From: Slackia heliotrinireducens
Lineage (GTDB): Bacteria; Actinomycetota; Aquicultoria; DYIV01
Length of the DNA: 46,861 bases
NCBI GenBank assembly: GCA_020723435.1
Contig: DYIV01000005.1
Span: 1-46,861, forward strand
Direction: 5' to 3'
The position numbers were made by a program, and so were the translations under genes. The notes under the pieces were generated by a model. That model did no database searches, was not told the DNA's origin, and saw only the letters and a list, made by a program, of their open reading frames with translations. This document shows, in pieces, positions 25,369 to 32,702 of this stretch (position 1 is its first letter; each line of letters begins with the position of its first letter).

Positions 25369-26103
25369 TTGAAAGAACGCTGGCGCTCATTCTTGCCCTA
25401 CTTGGAGATCGTGGCGATTCTGGTTGCCAGCATCGCGGCGATAGCCCTTGTGCATCTGGAAATTCTGCCGGAAAACATCGAGATCTCCTTCATCCTCCTC
25501 CTGCTGGCCGTTCACACGCTCCATGAGATCACCAACGGCGAAGAGGTACGTCGTGACGTGGAGACGCTCAAGGAGCGCGCCACTGTGCCTGCGTCCGACC
25601 TTGTCCTCGTCAAGCCGGCCGACATCGCCAGGCGCACGAAGGAGTTCGGGCTGCGCAACACCGGCGAGGACTGGTGGTTCAATGCCTGCCCAACCATGTT
25701 TCGCTCCCAGGAAGTCTTCGACACCCTGGTGAAGTCGTCGATGCTCAATCCGAAGACGACCCGTATCTTCTTCGTTCTGAGCCCCTCGATGAAGGACGCG
25801 TGGCAGCGCGACGTGGCGCCGAAGATCGAGCGGAGCAAGGGCCGCGAGAAGGTCCAACCGGTGCTGTGGCGCGAGATAGACGAGGGTATCGCCTTTCGCA
25901 CGATCGACGTCGATGCGCTCACGAGCGCCAAGGAGGCGCTACTGACGGTGTGGGGCGAGCCGTTCATGATGGAACAGGCCGGTGAACGCGGTACCGCGCG
26001 CATGCCTCGCTATGTGATTCACGTTCGCAGTGATTCCGAGCTGCTCGTTCGCCTCAGCGACTTACTCGATAGACACCGGCTCGACGCCGCCCTCCAGCGG
26101 TAG
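25369..26103 (+). CDS. Hypothetical membrane-anchored protein (no recognisable domain)
   Basis: TTG start 5 nt after AGGGGG, 23 nt downstream of the tRNA. Two N-terminal hydrophobic helices are followed by a ~180-aa soluble region. High third-position GC is consistent with coding. I recognise no motif. Confidence 0.5.
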   Translation: MKERWRSFLPYLEIVAILVASIAAIALVHLEILPENIEISFILLLLAVHTLHEITNGEEVRRDVETLKERATVPASDLVLVKPADIARRTKEFGLRNTGEDWWFNACPTMFRSQEVFDTLVKSSMLNPKTTRIFFVLSPSMKDAWQRDVAPKIERSKGREKVQPVLWREIDEGIAFRTIDVDALTSAKEALLTVWGEPFMMEQAGERGTARMPRYVIHVRSDSELLVRLSDLLDRHRLDAALQR

Positions 26104-26565
26104 GTCGGCACCAGCTCGACGCCGCCATCCGGCGGCAGGGATGCTCGCCGATACACCATGGTTCTCACCCGGCCCGACTGGGTATACTTGCCAGAACTAT
26201 CCCGCTCCGGCAGCCGCGGGCAGACCGATTCCCGATGCTGGAGGGGCAGGTGCGATTCCCCGCAAGGAACAGACACAACTGGTGGGCCACAACGATCAAA
26301 GCTCTCATCGCCGTGTCAATCGTGCTCGATGCAATCGTCGCCGTGCTTCGCGTCCTGACCCGGCCGCTGTGGTGGTTGAGGAGCCGTCCACGCGTTTCAC
26401 AAGTGCACAAGCGGCCTCCGCTCGCCGAGACCTAGCCGCCGCCAACCCGCCCCGCTCGCCCGCCCGCCCGACGCGACTCTCGCCACGCGGGGCGGACGAC
26501 TAGACTACCCTTGTCGGTCGCGCTTGCGTCCGATATAGAGCCAAACATCTCGGGGGAGGGTACAT

Positions 26566-27897
26566 ATGGCTTCTGCTTCTTCACGCATGTCCGCAAGAGG
26601 GTGGGCCGTCACACTGGCCGGGACCGGCATCAACCTTGCGCTGGGTGTCCTCTACACCTGGAGCGTCATCGCGAAGATCCTCACGGATCCGGCCAAGGGC
26701 TGGGGCATGAGCGCCGAGGCTGCATCGATACCGTATGCCGTGGCCTGCGGAGTCTTTGCGCTGATGATGGTCTTCGCCGGGCGCGCTCAGGATCGGCTCG
26801 GACCCAGAATCGTCGCAACAATCGGGGGCGCGCTGATCGGCGCGGGCATGATCCTATCCAGCTTCGCGAGCAAGGGCGACGCCGCGCTGATGATCGCCGG
26901 CTTCGGGATTCTCGGCGGTACCGGCATCGGCCTGGGCTACGCCGCGGCGACACCTGCGGCGGTCAAGTGGTTTCCGGCATCCAAGAAGGGGCTTATCACT
27001 GGGATCGTCGTCGCGGGATTCGGTCTGGCGTCGGTCTACACGGCGCCGCTGACGAAGACGCTGCTTGGCGCGTTCGGCATCAACTCGACCTTTCTCTACT
27101 TGGGCGTTGGCTTCTTCGTCGTTACCGTTCTGCTTGCGCAGCTACTGAACAATCCACCGGTGGGCTATCAGCCCGAGGAGAGCGCCCGCAAGAACCAGGC
27201 CGACACGGCAGTCATCCCCAAGCGGCAGTACGACTGGCACGAGATGCTCAAGACTCCGCAGTTCTACCTGCTCTGGATCATGTACGCCTTCGTTGCCTTC
27301 GCCGGTCTGATGATCATCGGCCATATGGCTAGGATCGCTGCGGCGCAATTGCCGCCGGTGCTGGAAGGCGGCAGGCCCGTCATCGACGCGGCCACCGGGC
27401 TCCCCAAGAAGGCCGACCTAGGCTTCCTGCTCGTGGCGGTGCTGGCGATCGGCAATGCGATCGGCCGCGTTGCCGCTGGCGTGATCTCGGACCGGCTGGG
27501 CCGACCGCGCACCATGCTCTTCGTCTTCCTGCTCCAAGCTGCGATGATGGGTGTGCTCGCGATATCGGATTCGATCGTGCTGCTGCTCGTCGCTTCGGCG
27601 TTCGTCGGTTTCAACTATGGTGCGAACCTGACGCTGTTTCCCGCGGCCACAAACGACTACTACGGCACGAAGAACTTCGGGGTCAATTACGGCCTGGTCT
27701 TCACTGCGTGGGGCGTCGGAGGCGTCTTCGGGTCGATCGTCGCCGGAAGGATAGTGGACGCGACGGGAAGCTACGCCGGCGCATACGGCGCGGCCGCCGT
27801 GCTCTGCATCTTGGCGGCGGCGATGTCGTTCATCGCCAAGGCGCCGGCTGAGGCGACGGTCGAGGAGCCGAGACTGGCACAGCGAGCGACCACGTAG
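26566..27897 (+). CDS. MFS transporter, oxalate/formate antiporter (OFA)-like
   Basis: RBS GGGGGAGGG. About 12 TM helices. The N-terminal GTGINLALGVLYTWSVI and mid-protein G.A...P.AVKWFP.KKGLITG are typical of OFA-family MFS proteins. Confidence 0.8.
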   Translation: MASASSRMSARGWAVTLAGTGINLALGVLYTWSVIAKILTDPAKGWGMSAEAASIPYAVACGVFALMMVFAGRAQDRLGPRIVATIGGALIGAGMILSSFASKGDAALMIAGFGILGGTGIGLGYAAATPAAVKWFPASKKGLITGIVVAGFGLASVYTAPLTKTLLGAFGINSTFLYLGVGFFVVTVLLAQLLNNPPVGYQPEESARKNQADTAVIPKRQYDWHEMLKTPQFYLLWIMYAFVAFAGLMIIGHMARIAAAQLPPVLEGGRPVIDAATGLPKKADLGFLLVAVLAIGNAIGRVAAGVISDRLGRPRTMLFVFLLQAAMMGVLAISDSIVLLLVASAFVGFNYGANLTLFPAATNDYYGTKNFGVNYGLVFTAWGVGGVFGSIVAGRIVDATGSYAGAYGAAAVLCILAAAMSFIAKAPAEATVEEPRLAQRATT

Positions 27898-27911
27898 TAT
27901 CGTCCCGAAGC

Positions 27912-28763
27912 ATGGAGGACAACACTTCCCAGCTCTGGGACGAGTTCTGGCGCACCGAGACCTCGCCCGAGCAGGACGCGTTCGACCTCGCCAAGGAAGA
28001 GCGCGACATCAGATGGCAGCGAATCGAGCGAATCGTGCGCGAGCGGTTCGCTGCGGCCGGCAATCTCGAATCGCGCGATGAGCCTAGCTCCGCGCACGAT
28101 CGCGACGCGCCCAGCACCCCCGGCTCCTTCGCCGACCTCAAGGTTATCGAGATCGGCGCCGGCGCCGGCACGAACGCCGCCTTGATGGCGAGGCGCGGCG
28201 CGAAGGTCACCGTGCTTGACTACTCCAACTCCGCGCTCGCACGATCGCGACGCTTCTTCGAGCGGAACGGCGGCGTCGCCGAGTTCGTGAAGGCGGATGC
28301 TCTCGCGCTCCCCGCCGAGCTCTGCGGACGGTTCGATATCGCCATGTCCTTCGGTCTGACCGAGCACTTCACGGGCGAGGACCGGCCGGCCATCAACCTG
28401 GCCCACCTCGACCTGCTGCGACCAGGCGGCATCGCCTTCATCGCCGTGCCTAACAAGTGGAACCCACCCTATCGCCTGTACAAGTTCATCTCCCAGGCGA
28501 TCGGTCGTTGGGCCGTCGGGGAGGAACACCCGTACTCCCGTGCCGAGTTTCGTCGCATTCTCGTCAAGCACCCCGACATCGACCACGTCTTCTTCGGCGA
28601 CTCGTTCGCCGCCTCGTTCCACTTCGTCAATCCCTTCAAGGCCTATCGCAAGCTGCGCGGGCTGCCCGAGCCAACGGACATCTCGCGTCTTAGGCGGCAG
28701 CGCGGCACCCTCCTCGACCCCTACTGCAGCTACTCGCTCGTCTTGGCCGCCTGGCGCAAGTGA
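27912..28763 (+). CDS. Class I SAM-dependent methyltransferase
   Basis: Motif I VIEIGAGAGTNAALMARRG, the acidic post-I residue VLDYS, and motif II-like FDIAMSFGLTEH. Confidence 0.8.
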   Translation: MEDNTSQLWDEFWRTETSPEQDAFDLAKEERDIRWQRIERIVRERFAAAGNLESRDEPSSAHDRDAPSTPGSFADLKVIEIGAGAGTNAALMARRGAKVTVLDYSNSALARSRRFFERNGGVAEFVKADALALPAELCGRFDIAMSFGLTEHFTGEDRPAINLAHLDLLRPGGIAFIAVPNKWNPPYRLYKFISQAIGRWAVGEEHPYSRAEFRRILVKHPDIDHVFFGDSFAASFHFVNPFKAYRKLRGLPEPTDISRLRRQRGTLLDPYCSYSLVLAAWRK

Positions 28764-28883
28764 CGACCTCGCTCCCTGCTTGGCAGGACTGTCACGCGCG
28801 GGGCGGAATACGGTTGGCTAGACCCGCGAAAACGAGATCGCGCGATTGCAGCCGTTCGCATGCCGACCGTCAGGAGGCCGTCC

Positions 28884-29681
28884 GTGGAAGAGTCCCTCGC
28901 CTTCATCTTCATGCTCGCCCTGTTCGGAGCAGGATTCGTTCTCTTTGTCGCCATCATCTCCATCAAACAGGTCAACGAGTACGACCGCGGCGTGAAGTTC
29001 ATGTTCGGCAAGTACCACGGCATCATGGAACCGGGCTGGCGCATCATCATCCCCGTCATCCAGAGCTGGCGTCGCGTCGACATGCGCGTGAGGGCCGTCG
29101 ACGTACCCCACCAAGAGGCGATCACCGGTGACAACGTCTCCGTCGGCGTTAACGCGGTTCTGTACTATCGCGTCGCCGACGCCAAGCTGGCGGTGATCCG
29201 CGTGGAAGACTTCTACTACGCCATCTCGCAGCTCGCCCAGACGACGATGCGCAACGCCGTTGGCGAGGTCGACCTCGACGAGTTGCTCATCGAGCGCGAG
29301 AGGGTCTCGGAGCGAATCAAGGAGATCGTCGACAAGGCGTCGGATCCGTGGGGAATCAAGGTCGAGGCCGTCGAGCTGAAGGACATCATCTTGCCCGAGG
29401 AGATGAAGCGAGTCATCGCCAAGCAGGCCGAGGCGGAACGCGAGAAGCGCGCGGTGATCATCAAGGCGGAAGGCGAGGTTGCCGCGGCGGATAACATGGC
29501 CAAGGCCGCGGCGATTCTCTCAGCCGTCGACGGCGCGCTGCATCTTCGGACGCTGCAGTCGGTCAACGACTTGGGCGCCGATCAATCGAACACGGTGATT
29601 CTCGCCCTGCCGATCGAGGTGCTGAGGGCAATAGAGGGACTGAGCGGTGTCGCGGCGCGGTTCCGCGGGGGGACTGGGTAG
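28884..29681 (+). CDS. SPFH/band-7 (stomatin/slipin-like) membrane protein
   Basis: GTG 28884 lies 6 nt after AGGAGG (alternative ATG 28860). TM anchor, then VNEYDRGV.F.FGKY.....PGW..IIPVI......D.R.......QE.IT.DN..V.V.AV.YYRV and a coiled-coil AEAEREKRA..IKAEGE tail. Confidence 0.85.
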   Translation: MEESLAFIFMLALFGAGFVLFVAIISIKQVNEYDRGVKFMFGKYHGIMEPGWRIIIPVIQSWRRVDMRVRAVDVPHQEAITGDNVSVGVNAVLYYRVADAKLAVIRVEDFYYAISQLAQTTMRNAVGEVDLDELLIERERVSERIKEIVDKASDPWGIKVEAVELKDIILPEEMKRVIAKQAEAEREKRAVIIKAEGEVAAADNMAKAAAILSAVDGALHLRTLQSVNDLGADQSNTVILALPIEVLRAIEGLSGVAARFRGGTG

Positions 29682-30407
29682 GTGGTCATGAGCGAAGGGT
29701 ATCCCCACACCGTGCGGCAAAGCTCCCGCGCCAAGCGAGCGCGACTCACCGTATCTCCGCGTCAGGGACTCGTCGTGGTGATCCCGACGGGATACGACCG
29801 CAGCCGGGTGCCGGCCCTCATCGAAGGGAAGAGAGCCTGGCTGGACAAGACTTTTCGCACGATCGAGGCGCAACGCGACTCGATCGAAGACGAATGCTGC
29901 GGGGGTCTGCCGCGCATCCTTCGGCTGCGCAGCATTGGCGAGGAGTGGTCCGTCGACCACGAGCCGGGGGATTCGGACCGGCTGACCCTGCGCGAGACGG
30001 ACGGCGCCAGGCTCGTCATCACCGGAGACACCTCGGACGTCACGGTCTCCCACGAGGTCCTGGCCCGGTGGCTGAAGCGCAAGGCGCGACATCACCTCGG
30101 GCCGTGGCTACGAGACGTCGCGGACGAATGTGGCTTTGCCGTGCGCGACATCTCCGTGCGGCTGCAGCGCACCAGGTGGGCCAGCTGCTCCAAGCACGGG
30201 CGCATCAACCTGAACGTCAAGCTGCTCTTCCTGCCCAGGGAGCTGACCGACCACGTCCTGCTCCACGAGTTGTGCCACACCGTGCACCTGAATCACTCCA
30301 AGGCCTTCTGGCGGCTTGTGAGCAAACATCAGCCGGACCACAAACAGAAGGACACGGAGTTGCGGGCGGCGTGGCGCTATGTGCCGGCTTGGCTCGACAC
30401 ACGATAG
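29682..30407 (+). CDS. YgjP/DUF45 (M48/WLM-like) zinc metallopeptidase-fold protein
   Basis: VLLHELCHTVHLNHSKAFW (HExxH...H) near the C-terminus and RWASCS..G.I.LN..L are the DUF45 hallmarks. GTG 29682 directly abuts the SPFH stop codon (TAGGTG). Alternative ATG 29688. Confidence 0.85.
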   Translation: MVMSEGYPHTVRQSSRAKRARLTVSPRQGLVVVIPTGYDRSRVPALIEGKRAWLDKTFRTIEAQRDSIEDECCGGLPRILRLRSIGEEWSVDHEPGDSDRLTLRETDGARLVITGDTSDVTVSHEVLARWLKRKARHHLGPWLRDVADECGFAVRDISVRLQRTRWASCSKHGRINLNVKLLFLPRELTDHVLLHELCHTVHLNHSKAFWRLVSKHQPDHKQKDTELRAAWRYVPAWLDTR

Positions 30408-30546
30408 TCTAGCGGCCACCTGGTGCGTGCCGCTGGACGCCTGATTGCACGGCCGGGGCCTGCGCGCGAGGCCGCAGGCTGGACAAACCAGCACTGACGA
30501 GGTAATTTACCTTGGCGGCGGATGAGCTGAAGCCGCCGAGAACCGA

Positions 30547-30620
30547 GCGCCAGTAGCTCAGCAGGATAGAGCGTCCGGCTACGAACCGGGAGGTCGGGGG
30601 TTCGAATCCCTCCTGGCGCG
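30547..30620 (+). tRNA. tRNA-Arg (anticodon ACG)
   Basis: Acceptor GCGCCAG/CTGGCGC, D-arm GCTC-AGCAGGATA-GAGC, anticodon loop CTACGAA, T-arm GGGGG-TTCGAAT-CCCTC. CCA is not encoded. Confidence 0.95.
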
Positions 30621-30688
30621 CTAGGTCAACAGGGGTGTCGAGTCAATCGGCGCTGTTCCACTCAGGGTCGCGGGGGATCTGAGTCGGC

Positions 30689-31981
30689 ATGGTTGCGTGT
30701 GAGAGATCGCATTGCTTTCCGCGGCGGTCACCAGCCTATCCGCTGCTTGTTCGAAGTGATCAGGCGGTTCGCCTGCTCGCCCGCCTTGTTGGCACGTCAG
30801 CCGTTCTATCCGCTCTCATTCTCTGCGCGACTCCGGCGACCTCCCTCGCCTACACCCAGATCCTGGCCACCGGGTACAACGGCTACGGCGAGAGCAACGT
30901 GTCAAGTTGGCGATACATCGTGGAGGTGAGCGCGGGCAGTCTTCATACCGTGGGCCTCAAGGCGGACGGTACCGTCAGAGCGACGGGATACAACGGCGAC
31001 GGCCAGTGCAATGTCTCCGCGTGGAGAAACATCAAGCAGGTTTCCGCCGGATACAGCCACACCGTGGGCCTGCGACGTGACGGTACGGTCGCGGCGACAG
31101 GTGACAACGCTTTCGGACAGTGCGACGTCTCCACCTGGCGGAACATCAAGCAGGTGGCCGGCGGCGGCGCCCACACCGTGGGCCTGAAGTCAGATGGCAC
31201 CGCAGTAGCGACCGGAAGGCACTTCGAGAAACAGTGCGCCGTCGACGCCTGGACGCACATCACTCAGGTTGACGCGGACAACTACCACACCGTGGGTCTG
31301 GAATCGAGCGGAACCGTTGTGGCTGTGGGAGACGGCACGTACGGTCAGTGCAGCGTCTCGGGATGGCGAGGCATCTTGCAGGTGGACGCGGGCGCCGACT
31401 ACACGGTGGGCCTCGAATCGACGGGGACTGCTGCGGCTGTGGGAGACGCGAGATACGACCGATGCAACCTCTCCGGATGGCGAAACATCAAACAGGTGGC
31501 CGCTGGCGGCTCCCACACGGTGGGCTTGAAGTCAGGCGGCACTGTGGTGGCCGTCGGCTCGAACAACACCGGGCAGTGCAACGTCTCCGCATGGAGAGGT
31601 ATCCAACAGGTTGCCGCTGGGCCTGAGCGAACCCTGGGGATGAAGAAGCCCCAGGTGTACTTGTCGCGTCCCTGGACCTATCCGGCCTCGATAGGGCACG
31701 GCCGCGGCTTCTATATCTACGGCTTTCTGCGACCCTACCACTCCGGTTCGACGAGGATCTACTTCTACCGGCTCACTACTAGAAGGTGGCGTGGCCGGGT
31801 CTATCGAGGGTGGCGCTTGGTCGGGCGGCGCTACGCGCCCAACTACTGGCACAAAGGGAACACTCTGTACCGCCTGCCGTGCGCCCTGGCCTACGCCGGC
31901 TACTACCGCGTTCGAGCATATCATTCCGATGCCGGCCACTACCCGACTTGGAGCACCATGAGAACACTCCACGTGGAGTAG
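30689..31981 (+). CDS. Secreted RCC1-like seven-bladed beta-propeller protein with basic C-terminal module
   Basis: Hydrophobic signal region (TSAVLSALILCATPATSLA). Seven tandem 38-aa repeats of the form G.N..GQC.VS.WRNIKQV.AG..HTVGL..DGTV.A. The C-terminal ~110 aa are Arg/Tyr-rich. Confidence 0.85.
   Translation: MVACERSHCFPRRSPAYPLLVRSDQAVRLLARLVGTSAVLSALILCATPATSLAYTQILATGYNGYGESNVSSWRYIVEVSAGSLHTVGLKADGTVRATGYNGDGQCNVSAWRNIKQVSAGYSHTVGLRRDGTVAATGDNAFGQCDVSTWRNIKQVAGGGAHTVGLKSDGTAVATGRHFEKQCAVDAWTHITQVDADNYHTVGLESSGTVVAVGDGTYGQCSVSGWRGILQVDAGADYTVGLESTGTAAAVGDARYDRCNLSGWRNIKQVAAGGSHTVGLKSGGTVVAVGSNNTGQCNVSAWRGIQQVAAGPERTLGMKKPQVYLSRPWTYPASIGHGRGFYIYGFLRPYHSGSTRIYFYRLTTRRWRGRVYRGWRLVGRRYAPNYWHKGNTLYRLPCALAYAGYYRVRAYHSDAGHYPTWSTMRTLHVE
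30866..31648 (+). repeat. Seven tandem 114-nt coding repeats (RCC1-like blades)
   Basis: The period is 38 codons. Strings such as TGGCGnAACATCAAGCAGGT and CACACCGTGGGCCT recur at this period. Confidence 0.85.
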
Positions 31982-32205
31982 GCGGCATCCCACCAATCCG
32001 ACCAGGCACCACGGGCCGACCGGCTGCCCGCCGAGAACGCCGGTCAGGACTACGACTGGACCCTCAGAGGCTGCCCGAAGGAGATCTCCACGCTCCTTTC
32101 AACGCGAATACCGTAAGAATCCGTCCCTTCCCCCGACCTACCTATCGTAAGACCGTCACCAAGCATACCGCCGCATTGGCGGCGGAACAGAGGGGAGGAG
32201 GGGTG

Positions 32206-32475
32206 ATGATGTCGAGGACTCCAAACGCGATGAAGCTCATCGCAACGTGGACTGTCGTGCTCGCAATGGGTGCGTCCGCGCTCGCAACCTGCGCGGGGAT
32301 CATGCTCCAGACACGAGACCGCGACCGCGATCAGCTCAAAGACGGCAGCTGTCAGACTGCGAAGCTGCAGATTCGCGATCGAGATCGGCTGCGCGACGGC
32401 AGTTGTCAGACAGCGAAACTGCAGACTCGCGACCGTGACCGCGATCAGCTCAAGGACGGCAGCTGCAACGTCTAG
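32206..32475 (+). CDS. Small exported peptide with three Cys-containing charged repeats (function unknown)
   Basis: ATG 32206 follows AGGGGAGGAGGGG. Signal peptide MKLIATWTVVLAMGASALATCAG. Then LQTRDRDRDQLKDGSCQTAK / LQIRDRDRLRDGSCQTAK / LQTRDRDRDQLKDGSCNV. The repeats differ mostly by synonymous changes, which argues for a translated product. Confidence 0.6.
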   Translation: MMSRTPNAMKLIATWTVVLAMGASALATCAGIMLQTRDRDRDQLKDGSCQTAKLQIRDRDRLRDGSCQTAKLQTRDRDRDQLKDGSCNV

Positions 32476-32702
32476 CCACGCGAACGACATCCGCTTTCGC
32501 GGGCGCAACGCTGGACCGCTCAGGGCGGGACCCGGTCGCTGAGCCACTCGGCGATCGAGCCCCGCCCCGCGCCCGCGACCTCAACGGCTTCCTCCGCCTC
32601 CGTCCATGTCCCCACCCGCTCGACACCACACCTGCCACAGCGATTCCTACGAATCGAGTACGCCCGAATGTAGACTATTCGGGTCTGGCCAAAAGGACTA
32701 TC

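Noticed and set aside
25257-30620. Genomic island or integrated element between tRNA-Ser(GCU) and tRNA-Arg
   Set aside because: There is no integrase, recombinase or transposase. I could not find a direct repeat of either tRNA 3' end. The gene content (MFS, methyltransferase, SPFH, DUF45) looks chromosomal, and I see no obvious composition shift by eye.
30866-31648. Regular 114-nt repeats (and 261-nt repeats at 39123-39905, 54-60-nt repeats at 32305-32470) considered as a CRISPR array or non-coding satellite
   Set aside because: All lie in frame within ORFs, their periods are multiples of 3, there is no repeat-spacer alternation, the units are conserved at the protein level, and no cas genes are present.
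31786-32205. N-terminal 140 codons of track ORF 31786..32475 (a 229-aa version of the repeat peptide)
   Set aside because: This part overlaps the 3' end of the RCC1 gene in another frame, is Arg/Pro-rich and has no RBS. A very strong RBS and a signal peptide begin at 32206.
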